Shown: piece by piece, positions 1 through 10,400 of the stretch
How the letters are laid out: each line of letters starts with the position of its first letter
How positions within the stretch are numbered: position 1 is the stretch's first letter
Source: Spirochaetota bacterium
Lineage (GTDB): Bacteria; Spirochaetota; UBA4802; JAFGDQ01
Assembly: GCA_034190085.1 (NCBI GenBank)
Contig: JAXHTS010000072.1
Span: 3,010 to 67,009, forward strand
Direction: 5' to 3'
DNA length: 64,000 nt
Position numbers and translations under genes: made by a program
Notes under the pieces: generated by a model
What the model saw: the letters and a program-made list of their open reading frames with translations, nothing else
The model's database searches: none
What the model was told of the DNA's origin: nothing

Positions 1-2904
1 GGGACGAATACTGCCAACATCAGGCAGGGCATCACGATCGATCTTGCCGTTGGGTGTCAAGGGTAGGTTCTCAATATGGACAAACCTCGAGGGGACCATA
101 AACTCAGGCAAACTCTCCATAATATGCAACCTGAGTTCAGACGTTGACAATTCATCCTCAGACACATAGTAGGCAACTAGACACTTGCCATCCGACCTAT
201 CATCACGATCCACAACAACACAATCTGATATAGCATTATAATTTGATAGTACAGCCTCCACCTCTCCAAGCTCAACCCGATTACCCCTGATCTTTATCTG
301 ATGATCTATTCTACCCAAAAATTCAACATTTCCATCAGGCAACCATCTACCAATATCACCTGTACGATAGATCCTTTCACCCTTGATAAAGGGGTTATTA
401 ACAAAGCATGTTGATGTGATATCAGGCTTATTCAAATACCCTCTGGCTACACCCGGACTGGATATATAGATTTCACCGGCCATGCCTATTGGCATCAAAC
501 GCATCTGTCTATCCAAAATATATATCCTTGTGTTTGCAATAGGCTTGCCAATGGGAACATTGGCGCAATTAGGATCAAGTTTATTGAAACTGTATACAAT
601 ACACCCGACAACGGTCTCAGCTGGTCCATACTCATTATATATTGTTAAATCTGGATTTTTCTTCAGCATTGATTTAGAGATTGCTGCTGAAAGAGCGTCA
701 CCTCCGATTATTAATCGATTTAATCTCGTGAAATTCGTTGGATTGCTATCTGTTAGACGATCTGCAATCTCCAAATGGGATGGAGTCAACTTCGCAATAT
801 CACACCTATCACTGCAGATCACTCGCTCTACTAACGCAACAGGATCAATCTCTCCAGGTTGAATATCTATACTCCCACCAGAAGCAAGAGGCACAAAGAT
901 AGAGGTCACTGTAAGGTCAAAGGAGATAGATGTGAAAAGAGGAAAATTCCCATGGCCTTCAATATCATAATACCGCACTGCCCAGGTGATATAGTTAACC
1001 AGACCTTTATGCTCTATCTCTATCCCCTTTGGCTCTCCCGTGGAACCGGATGTATATACTATATAAGCGAGATTATCGCTTGAATTAACCATATCAGGTG
1101 TGCTCTCTGGCATTCTGGCTATATCATTCCAATCCCTATTCAAACAAAGAATCTCGGCATTACCAAAGGGAATCCTATCCAACAAATCAAAATGCGATAA
1201 TATTATTCCAGCAGAACAATCACTCAGCATATATGAAAGCCTTGACTTGGGATACTCAGGATCCAATGGCACATAAGCGCCCCCTGCCTTTAAAATTCCT
1301 AGTATTCCCACAATCATATCAATAGACCTAAACATCATTAGGCCCACCCTAGCCTCCTCCCTTATGCCCCTTTCCCTCAGATAGTGTGCAAGCCTGTTGG
1401 CCCTCTCATTCAACTCACTATAGGTGACAGCTTCATCTTCGAATATCACCGCAATGGCATCCGGCGTCTTCCCTGCCTGTTCCTCAATTAGCTGGTGTGC
1501 GCATATATCCTCTGGATAGGGACTAGCAGTATCATTAAAGGATACCAGCATCCCTTCCCTCTCCCCCGGGGTGAGTATCGTCAAATCAGAGAGCCTCACT
1601 CCAGGATTATCCAATATTGAAGAGAGAACCTGATGCAGATGTCCTATCATGCGTTGTATTGTATCCCTGTTAAATAAAGCCTTATAGTAGCGCATGCTGA
1701 TTCTAATGCGCGAGCCGGGTATTATGATCAAGACCAGCGGAAAGTTCGTCATCTCAAAGGTATTGATATCCGATATGCTAAATCCAAAATCCTGACTGAC
1801 GTCCAGGGACTCAAGGGGATAATTTTCAAAGACAACTATGCTTTCAAAGAGATTCTGTGATCGCGGAAGGGCGCTACATGCCCTTACATCTGGCAAGAAT
1901 GAGTGCTCAAACTCCCGAATGGAAAGGGAGAGTCTCTGGATGTAGTGAAGTAGATCATGTATGGTCATATCCTGGTTTAGCCGAATCCTGAGAGGAAGGG
2001 TGTTTATGAAAAGGCCCAACATTTCATCAGAGCCATTGAGTTCCGCAGGCCTTCCAGAAGAGGTTGCGCCAAAGACGACCTCATCCCGATTACTATAATA
2101 TGATAGAAGAATCGCCCAAACAGCCTGTAGGAGGGTATTCTGCGTAACATGCTCAACCCTTGTCAGCCCCAGCGCCTTGGCTGTCATCTCTTCGGATAAT
2201 TCCAGTTCCTCTTCAGCAATATCTGTTATTAGTGATTGATTCAATCTCCTATCAACCGGCAGGGGTGTTACTGTATCAAGGTCGCCCAAATGATTCTTCC
2301 AGAAAGAAAAAACAGCATCCCTCCCCTGATTTTGCAGCCATTCGATATAATCCTTATATGGTCGTCGCATGGGTCTTGGCAGTGGTTTCCCAGATTTCTG
2401 TGATATATAGGCATCAAAGAGATCCCTCAACACAATGGGCAGACACCAACCATCAATAATGATGTGATTATGACTCCATACAAAGTGATGTCTTTCATTT
2501 CCCAGCATGAATAGATTCAATCTGATGAGAGGGCCATTCTCCATATCAAAGGGCATTACCCTGTCCTTTTGAAGAAAATCCTCTATCCTCTGCCCCTGCT
2601 CAAGTGAGTCACAATCAACTATGTCATGCACATCAATCCCTATTGGAAAAGATTTTAGTACAATCTGTAGGGGTTCTTTTAGATTCGCCCACTTGAACAC
2701 TGTTCTGAATACAGGCGTAATCGATATTATATGATTCCAAGCCCTTTTGAATGCCTCGATATCCAGAGGGCCATTGATTGTAAAGGCTAGTTGCTGAAAA
2801 TATACAGGAGTACTATCATCATAGAGAGAATGAAAGAGTATCCCCTTCTGCGTCGGTGATAATGGATAAATATCCTGTGTATTTTCCTTAGTAACAAAAG
2901 GCAT
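1..2904 (-). CDS. Non-ribosomal peptide synthetase, third module (C-A...). The 3' part is cut by the left window edge; predicted Asn-activating.
   Basis: The minus-strand frame is open from ATG (2904-2902) to base 1; the ORF track omits it because no stop lies in the window. My translation starts MPFVTKENTQDIYPLSPTQKGILFHS. It contains HNHIIIDGW (C-domain His motif, 2449-2472), AYIVYTSGSTGEPKG (A3, ~1024-1070), NEYGPAE, YRTGD, GRIDHQIKIRG and NGKIDR (A10, ~34-51). GGAGGG lies 6 nt upstream of the ATG, 18 nt after the stop of the preceding NRPS gene. The manually extracted specificity code DLTKIGEVGK is one residue from the classical Asn code DLTKLGEVGK. Confidence 0.9.
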   Translation of the reverse strand, partial: MPFVTKENTQDIYPLSPTQKGILFHSLYDDSTPVYFQQLAFTINGPLDIEAFKRAWNHIISITPVFRTVFKWANLKEPLQIVLKSFPIGIDVHDIVDCDSLEQGQRIEDFLQKDRVMPFDMENGPLIRLNLFMLGNERHHFVWSHNHIIIDGWCLPIVLRDLFDAYISQKSGKPLPRPMRRPYKDYIEWLQNQGRDAVFSFWKNHLGDLDTVTPLPVDRRLNQSLITDIAEEELELSEEMTAKALGLTRVEHVTQNTLLQAVWAILLSYYSNRDEVVFGATSSGRPAELNGSDEMLGLFINTLPLRIRLNQDMTIHDLLHYIQRLSLSIREFEHSFLPDVRACSALPRSQNLFESIVVFENYPLESLDVSQDFGFSISDINTFEMTNFPLVLIIIPGSRIRISMRYYKALFNRDTIQRMIGHLHQVLSSILDNPGVRLSDLTILTPGEREGMLVSFNDTASPYPEDICAHQLIEEQAGKTPDAIAVIFEDEAVTYSELNERANRLAHYLRERGIREEARVGLMMFRSIDMIVGILGILKAGGAYVPLDPEYPKSRLSYMLSDCSAGIILSHFDLLDRIPFGNAEILCLNRDWNDIARMPESTPDMVNSSDNLAYIVYTSGSTGEPKGIEIEHKGLVNYITWAVRYYDIEGHGNFPLFTSISFDLTVTSIFVPLASGGSIDIQPGEIDPVALVERVICSDRCDIAKLTPSHLEIADRLTDSNPTNFTRLNRLIIGGDALSAAISKSMLKKNPDLTIYNEYGPAETVVGCIVYSFNKLDPNCANVPIGKPIANTRIYILDRQMRLMPIGMAGEIYISSPGVARGYLNKPDITSTCFVNNPFIKGERIYRTGDIGRWLPDGNVEFLGRIDHQIKIRGNRVELGEVEAVLSNYNAISDCVVVDRDDRSDGKCLVAYYVSEDELSTSELRLHIMESLPEFMVPSRFVHIENLPLTPNGKIDRDALPDVGSIRP

Positions 2905-2922
2905 CAATTCCCTCCACTGACT

Positions 2923-5900
2923 CTACTCATAGAGACTATCCAGTTCCTCCTGATTAAGATTTGCTAAACTAAAATCCGAAGGGGTTATATCGAAACTCTC
3001 AGGAGAAAGGCAATGAGCAATAACAGCTGACAACTCATCTCTGAAAGCTACTGCAATATTCTCTATTGTTTCTCTCTTATGCTTATTGGCGCTATACAAT
3101 ATGTTTATACTGAGAAGGGAATCCTTCACTATGCATATCACATCTATGAGATTAGGCCTCATATTCTCTGAATCGATAATCCCCGGCACATCCGTTCTTG
3201 CCAACTCAAAGGATCCATCAATCCCCTCAATCGTCACCTGACCAAGGTAATTAAAGCTGATACCGGTATTTAAGGGAAGGTCAAAATCCTTTATGTACTT
3301 TAGAATACAATAGTTGAATCCCCTATGAGGAATAGAACGAAGCTTCTCCTTAACATACTTGATCCGCTCTGCAATATCTGTATTCATTTCCGCATGCAGG
3401 GCAACAGGAAATATTGTGGTGAACCACCCCACTGTCCGAGATAAATCAATCCCATCCATCACATCCTCGCGCCCATGACCCTCAAGATCGATCACTATAT
3501 CATCCCTGCCCATCCATTCCGACAGAGCCTTCATCAATGCTGCCAGTAAAAGATCATTCACTTCAGTATTATAGGCCCTGTGAGCATCCCTCAGGAGATT
3601 CGATGTATTCTCCACTCCGATTTCGATCATCACAACATCTGCTGATTCCATATCATTCTTTCCCAAATCATGATCAATGGGTATATCGGTTATCACATCC
3701 GCTAATTCATCCCTCCAGAAGGATATCTCATCCGTAGCATCAAGCTGAAGAACATGCTCCTTTAAACGAATCGCCCATTCCCTATAGGAAGTAGTCTTCT
3801 TAGGCAATATGGGTGCTCCTCCATTAATAGCCCCATCGTAAAGGGCGAAAAGATCCTCCAGCAATATCCTCCAAGAAACGCCATCCACCACAAGATGATG
3901 AACGGCTAATAATAGATAATTATCTCCGTCCCTTCTATATAATCCAATCCCGAAAATCGGGCCATCTGATATATCAAAGGAGGTTTGAAGAGTGCTCACC
4001 TCTTTCAGTAGTTCATCTTCATCTGCCACGTCTTTCACTACGAAATATATCACCTCTCCCAGGGGCATGTTATCCTGCATTCCATTGGGGAAACGCATCC
4101 TCAAGGCATCATGATGATTTAGCAAGGCCTGGGCGCTATTCCTGAATGCAACCTCATCTATATTAATAGTAGTCTTGAACAATAAGGCTTGATTGAAATG
4201 ATCCACATTCTTAAGTTCCAAGCCAAATAACCACCTCTGAATCGGAGTAAGGGGAGCCTCTCCCACAACAACCCCCTGTTCATCATCAACTGCAACAGAT
4301 CGCTTTGCTACAGAGGCAAGCTGATTGATGTTCTGATGCTCAAATATATCCCTTGGGCGTATTTCATATCCTCGCTTCCTAAGCCTACCCGCTACCTGCA
4401 GGCTGATAATCGAATCTGCTCCAATATCAAAAAAATTCTCATATATACCAATCCTCTCCATATTCAGGACTTCCATCCACACCTCAGCCAGCAGACTCTC
4501 CAACTCATTCTGAGGCTCAACATAGTCGGCACACTTCCCCTGCACCGCCATATCAATCTCAGGTAAAGTGCTCCTATCCACCTTGCCGCTACGATTTAAC
4601 GGCAATGCCTCTAACCGAATAAATCTCAAGGGTATCATGTAATCCGGAAGGGAATTACCCAAAAATCTCCTTAAATCAGCTATAGGAATATCCTTATCCG
4701 AAACATAATAGGCAATCAAATATCTGCTGGCAGATTTGTCCTCCCTATCCACCACCACACAATCATTCACTCCAGAATGAGAACGGAGTATATGCTCCAC
4801 CTCGCCCAACTCTACCCTATAACCCCGCACCTTTACCTGATAATCAATACGCCCCAAAAACTCGATCCCTCCATTAGGAAGCCACTGTCCCATGTCCCCA
4901 GTCTTGAATAGCTTGCCTGTATCACAGAAGGGATTGGCTATAAACCGTTCATTGGTCAAATCCGGATTCTCTAAATAACCCATTGCCAAACCATCGCCGC
5001 CTATATACAATTCCCCAGGCACCCCAATGGGAAGCGGCATCATGTTTCTATCAAGGATATAAACTTGAGTATTCGCAATAGGAGAGCCTATGGGTATATT
5101 ACTACAGCCGCGACAAGCATCAATATCTACTAAAAATGAGGTTGAATCTACACTGCACTCAGTTACCCCATAAACATTGGTCCAAAGAACTGAATCGCCA
5201 TATGTCCCAGCTTGAAACCTTTCAACCATATCCACAGATAAAGGCTCTCCGCCAATGATTATATGCTTTAACCGAAGTTCCTTCCTATTCATAATATCAG
5301 CGGATATCATCAACTCCCATAAGGAGGGAGTTCCATCAATAATCTCTATTTCATATTCCAATATATAGGGGATCAATGTTTCCATATCCCTCTTCATGTA
5401 TCCGGGAATGGGATATAGGGCATGTCCCAGGAGTAGACTCGCGAATATCTGCTGAACTGATGCATCAAAGCTGAATGATGCCAACTGCGCTATACGCAAG
5501 GATGAATAGTAGCTCGAATATATCCTGTCATTAAGCGCATGGACAAGATTAACTACACCTCGATTAGGTATAGGAATACCCTTAGGTTTTCCTGTAGAAC
5601 CTGAAGTGTATATGATATATGCAATATCATCAGCGTTGGCAATATGACGCGGATTTTCGATACTGAATTCGCTGATAGCATCCCAATCCCTATTTAAGGA
5701 CACAATCTTTATCCCATCAGGGATGATATTGGGAAACTCATCCATACAGATCACAGCATCTGCCCCGCTCTCCTCAATCATATATTTGATCCTAGCCTCC
5801 GGCAAATCAGGATCAATCGGCAGGTATGGGCTTCCAGCCTTTAGAATACCAACTATAGCTACAATGCTATCAATGGGTGTTGTAACCATCATGCCAACCG

Positions 5901-7443
5901 GTGATTTAGTCTCTTCCCCTCGGGATATCAGATAATGTGCTAACATGTTTGCGCGAGTATTTAACTCATCAAAGGTTAAAACATCATCCTCAAACACTAC
6001 CGCATTTTGAGATCCAAATTTCTCAAGATTAGATTCAAACTCTTCGATCAATGTCCTCTCCCGAGGATATTCCAGTGAAGTGGCATTAAAATCCCTGAGT
6101 ATCATTTTCTTCTCTTCAGGACTGAGAATCTCAAGATGTGATACCAGAAGCGAATCATCCCTAATCATTCCCAAAAGGATATTATTCAAATGATTCAGCA
6201 TCCCCTCTAGGTTCTCTTCATCAAAGAATTCCTCCACATATGCTAAAGATACCTCCATCTCAGTCTTGGGTAATACAAGCAGCACAATATCAAAATTTGT
6301 TCTATTTAGGGCCTTAATATCAGATAAACTAAAATCATCATCTGTGGTAAGTGAAAAAGTATCTATTGGATAATTTTCAAAGACGACTATGCTGTCAAAG
6401 ATGTCGCACTGCTGAGGTAATGAGCTAGAAGCCTTTATATCTGGAAGGAAAGAGTAGGCATACTCCTGCATCTTCAAGGATTGTTTCTGAATAGCTTGAA
6501 GAAAATGGGATACTGTTGAGGATAGATCTGCCCTAACAGGCAGAGTATTGATAAATAGACCGATCATCTCCTCAGAACCAGGAAGATCAGTTGGTCTGCC
6601 ATAAATTGTTGATCCGAAGACCACATCCTCGGTGTTGCTATAACGCCCCAGTAAGATTGCCCAGGCAGACTGAAATAATGTGCTCATCGTAATTCTCTCC
6701 CTACGAGCAAAGGACTCGAGTCGCTGAGTGACATCCTCAGAGAATATGAACACCTTTTCACCTACAGTACGCTTTTTTATTGTCGATTTGTTCTTCCAGG
6801 GAAGGGGTGTGGGCGTATCAAATCCTAGTAAATACTCTCTCCAGAAACGATTGGCCTTCTCCTTATCCTGTGTGGCAAGCCAGGATATATAATTCTTATA
6901 TAAAGGTCTGGATAATCTCGGTGGTTGATCCCCCTTCTTCAAAGCGCGGTATGAGCTTAAAAAGTCCTTCATTACAAGGGTAAGACACCCCCCATCTAGC
7001 AGGATATGATGATAACTCCAAATAAAATAATATTGCCCTAATCCTATCTCAAGCACATTCAGCCGCATGAGCGGCCCCCTTGCCAGATCAAAGGGAATAG
7101 ATCTATCTGATATGATAAATTGGCTTATTCTCTCCTGCTGTGATTCACTATCGAAACCCTTAAGATCATGCACCACAATCTTGATTGGACGCTCCCTCAA
7201 TACGATCTGTACAGGTTTGACCGCGTCCTTCCAGTTAAAGACGGTTCTGAATACAGGGTGCTGATCTATAAGATGATTCCAAGCATCCTCAAGGGTATTC
7301 AGATCAATTGAGCCCTTGATGATACAACAGAACTGCTCAAAGTATGTTGACTCCTCCGGATCGAACAAGGCATGAAACATCATTCCCTGCTGCATAGGCG
7401 ACATGGGATATATATCAGCAATATTCTTCTTTGTTAAATACAA
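2923..7443 (-). CDS. Non-ribosomal peptide synthetase, module 2: C-A-T-E, predicted D-Gln-incorporating, with a COM-type C-terminal docking tail
   Basis: 1506-aa ORF with TTG start and GGGGA 9 nt upstream. C domain: YHHILLDGGC (~6985-7020). A domain: AYIIYTSGSTGKPKG (~5581-5625), YGVTE, FKTGD, GRIDYQVKVRG, SGKVDR. T domain: FFDIGADSI (~4401-4435). E domain: HHLVVDGVSW (~3870-3905), LEGHGRED, FNYLGQ. The manual specificity code DAQDIGVVDK is one residue from the classical Gln code DAQDLGVVDK. The C-terminal ITPSDFSLANLNQEELDSLYE resembles COM donor helices. Confidence 0.93.
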   Translation of the reverse strand: MYLTKKNIADIYPMSPMQQGMMFHALFDPEESTYFEQFCCIIKGSIDLNTLEDAWNHLIDQHPVFRTVFNWKDAVKPVQIVLRERPIKIVVHDLKGFDSESQQERISQFIISDRSIPFDLARGPLMRLNVLEIGLGQYYFIWSYHHILLDGGCLTLVMKDFLSSYRALKKGDQPPRLSRPLYKNYISWLATQDKEKANRFWREYLLGFDTPTPLPWKNKSTIKKRTVGEKVFIFSEDVTQRLESFARRERITMSTLFQSAWAILLGRYSNTEDVVFGSTIYGRPTDLPGSEEMIGLFINTLPVRADLSSTVSHFLQAIQKQSLKMQEYAYSFLPDIKASSSLPQQCDIFDSIVVFENYPIDTFSLTTDDDFSLSDIKALNRTNFDIVLLVLPKTEMEVSLAYVEEFFDEENLEGMLNHLNNILLGMIRDDSLLVSHLEILSPEEKKMILRDFNATSLEYPRERTLIEEFESNLEKFGSQNAVVFEDDVLTFDELNTRANMLAHYLISRGEETKSPVGMMVTTPIDSIVAIVGILKAGSPYLPIDPDLPEARIKYMIEESGADAVICMDEFPNIIPDGIKIVSLNRDWDAISEFSIENPRHIANADDIAYIIYTSGSTGKPKGIPIPNRGVVNLVHALNDRIYSSYYSSLRIAQLASFSFDASVQQIFASLLLGHALYPIPGYMKRDMETLIPYILEYEIEIIDGTPSLWELMISADIMNRKELRLKHIIIGGEPLSVDMVERFQAGTYGDSVLWTNVYGVTECSVDSTSFLVDIDACRGCSNIPIGSPIANTQVYILDRNMMPLPIGVPGELYIGGDGLAMGYLENPDLTNERFIANPFCDTGKLFKTGDMGQWLPNGGIEFLGRIDYQVKVRGYRVELGEVEHILRSHSGVNDCVVVDREDKSASRYLIAYYVSDKDIPIADLRRFLGNSLPDYMIPLRFIRLEALPLNRSGKVDRSTLPEIDMAVQGKCADYVEPQNELESLLAEVWMEVLNMERIGIYENFFDIGADSIISLQVAGRLRKRGYEIRPRDIFEHQNINQLASVAKRSVAVDDEQGVVVGEAPLTPIQRWLFGLELKNVDHFNQALLFKTTINIDEVAFRNSAQALLNHHDALRMRFPNGMQDNMPLGEVIYFVVKDVADEDELLKEVSTLQTSFDISDGPIFGIGLYRRDGDNYLLLAVHHLVVDGVSWRILLEDLFALYDGAINGGAPILPKKTTSYREWAIRLKEHVLQLDATDEISFWRDELADVITDIPIDHDLGKNDMESADVVMIEIGVENTSNLLRDAHRAYNTEVNDLLLAALMKALSEWMGRDDIVIDLEGHGREDVMDGIDLSRTVGWFTTIFPVALHAEMNTDIAERIKYVKEKLRSIPHRGFNYCILKYIKDFDLPLNTGISFNYLGQVTIEGIDGSFELARTDVPGIIDSENMRPNLIDVICIVKDSLLSINILYSANKHKRETIENIAVAFRDELSAVIAHCLSPESFDITPSDFSLANLNQEELDSLYE

Positions 7444-7471
7444 TATTTAATCCCCATTGATCATCATAGAT

Positions 7472-10400
7472 TTATTCAAATGCAGCCAAATCATCCAACT
7501 CCCCCTGATCCAGCTTTACCAGATCAAAATCCGATGGTGTAATATCGAAACTCTCTGGATCAAGGCAGTGAAGGATCACTGCAGAGAGTTCCCTCTTGTA
7601 CAAATCCGCAAGTTCTTCAATTGTCCTTTTATTATATCTGTTGCGGCTATAGGAAAAATTAATCCTAAGCTGATCCTCCACTACTATGCAATTCACATCA
7701 ATTAGATTGGGTCTTATGTTTTCATCCGCAATAGTGCCTGGTACTTCATGTTCAATAAGAGAAATCGCATCATAGGACTCTGGCAGCAGGGCCTGGCCAA
7801 GATAATTAAAGCTTAAACCAGTATTTAAGGGCCACCCTTTACCTAACATGTACTTAAATACACAATAATTAAATCCCCTGTAGGGAATATTGTGAAGCAC
7901 CTCCTTTACATACTTGATCCGCGATGACAAGTCTAAATCCCGATCTGACTGGAAGAGGACAGGATACATTGAAGTAAACCACCCAACGGTCCGGGAGATA
8001 TCCACACCCTCTATCACCTCCTCCCTGCCATGAGCCTCAAGATCAAAGGCTACATCATCACGGCCAAGCCACCCCTGAAGGGTTTTCATCAATGCTGTAA
8101 GCAGAAGATCATTCATGTTCGTATTATAGGCCCTGTGCGCATCCTTCAACAGGCTTCCTGTATTCTCTCTGCTAAGCTCAACGCTCACACACTCAGATGA
8201 GCCAACATCATCAGGCCCCAGATCATGATCAATTCTAAACCTCTGTCGTATCTTCGAAAGGATAACCTCCCAATAGTCAGCCTCCTCCTGAGATAGAATG
8301 CTTACAGCATACTCCTGAAGTTTATTTGACCATTCCATAAAGGAAGTAGTCTTAGCCGGCAACATAATATTGCCATCCTTCGATGCTGTCATATAACATG
8401 AAAGCAAATCCTCTAATATAATCCTCCAAGAGACGCCATCTGTCACAAGATGATGCGCTGCCAACAGCAGATAATCCTCATCACCCTTTCTATACAGACC
8501 TGCACCAAAGAGAGGGCCATCAGCTAAATTATAGGAACCCTGAAGCGACCACGCCTCAACCCCCAAATCTGCCTCATCCTCAATCTCCCTTACAACAAGA
8601 AAAGCGTCCTCACCCAATGGCCTATATTCCAGCATTCCATCCACAAACCGCGCCCTTAAAACATCATGGTGATCAACAATAGCCTGCAAACTCACCCTTA
8701 ATGCATTCTCATCTATTGGGAAAGAGGATTTAAAGGTCAAAGCCTGATTATAATGATTCTCATTTGCTAATCCTTGGTCAAAAAACCATCTCTGTATCGG
8801 TGTAGGGGGGGCAGTGCCAACTACCGGTCCCTGTTCAGCCTCCACGCCCTTGGCGATCTCTACAATTGTGGAGAGTTCCGCTATTGTCTGATAAAGAAGT
8901 ATATCCTTGGGCTGCAGAAGGAATCCTCTCTGATTTAGCCTGCTTACAACCTGAAGGCTGATGATGGAGTCACCCCCAAGATCAAAAAAATTATCGCAAA
9001 CGCCTATCCCCTCTATACCGAGTACATCTTCCCATGTTTTGACAATGATAGACTGTATCTCATCGGATGGCGCAACAAAATCCGTTGACATCTCCGGACG
9101 CATGCCATGGGGCTCTGGAAGGGCTGATCTGTCAACCTTGCCGTTCTGGTTTAAAGGCAATTCATCGAGCCTCATAAATAGGTTGGGAAGCATATAATCC
9201 GGCAGGCTATCCCTCATGAAAGAGCGCAATTCATCAATGGGCACATCATCTTCAGACACATGATAGGCCACAATCGCCTTATTCCCGCCCTCTAGCTCAT
9301 TAACCACAACCACACAGTCCTTTATATTTCCATGCTCTCTCATTACAGATTCTATCTCACCCAGTTCAATACGATGCCCCCGAACCTTTACCTGATGGTC
9401 AATACGACCCATAAAATCCACACTCCCATCAGGCAACCATCTGCCTATATCCCCTGTTCTATAAAGTATAGGATCATCAACATCCATAATGGGATTTTTG
9501 ATAAAACTATTGGCAGTCTTTTCAGAATCATTAAGATAACCCTTGGCAAGGCCGTAACCGCCAAGGAATACCTCACCGCGCACCCCGATAGGAACCGGTT
9601 TCAGGTATTTATCCAATATGTATACCCTAGAGTTGGCAATGGGATATCCAATGGGTATGCTGTTAGCCCCCTCTGGAACTGATTTTACAGGATAATGGCA
9701 AGAGAATGTTGTGTTCTCAGTGGGGCCATAGCCATTGGATATAACTCCAGGAAGGACAAATCCCAATCCCTTCCTGATATGAGATACAGATAAAGCCTCG
9801 CCTCCCACAAGAAGTCTTCTAAGTTTCGATATTGCATCAGGTCGTAAATCAATAAGCTGATTGTACAGCACAACTGTAAGAAAAATTATGCTGATATCGT
9901 TAGAAAGAAGGAGGTCAGCCAACCCATCAGGTGATGTAACATCACTGCCCCTAGCCAAGAATAGGGTGCCGCCATTTAAGAGCGGGCCCCAGAATTCCAG
10001 CGTAGCTGCATCAAAGGCAAAGGTGGCTATCTGTAGAAATCTGTCTTCAGGTGTGATATCCGCAAAATTCGTATTTTTCACAAGCCTTGATATTCCCACA
10101 TGGGGCACCATAACCCCCTTGGGCTTGCCAGTGGAGCCTGAGGTATAGATCACATAGGCAACATCATCGGGTTTATTGATGTTATTAAGATCAGCGCTCT
10201 CAATTGTCTCGCCCTCCTTCCAAAAACTCTCCAAGCACATCACATAACCATCATATTCAGGCAAGGTGTCTAAGAATTGCTCATGGATAATCACTACCGG
10301 CGCTTGGATTTCATCCAACATGTACTTTGTCCGTGAAAGTGGATATTCCGATTCTATGGGAACATATGCGCCGCCTGCCTTCAGAATGCCCAACACCCCA

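Noticed and set aside
482-2459. Plus-strand ORFs of 74-126 aa (482-862, 859-1083, 1098-1325, 2160-2459)
   Set aside because: All lie inside the continuous minus-strand NRPS reading frame (1-2904), which carries ordered C- and A-domain core motifs. They are antisense artefacts.
2449-2472. The C domain of module 3 reads H-N-H-I-I-I-D-G, with the first His of HHxxxDG replaced by Asn
   Set aside because: The second (catalytic) His, the Asp and the Gly are intact. The first His is known to be dispensable or variable, so this is not evidence of an inactive domain.
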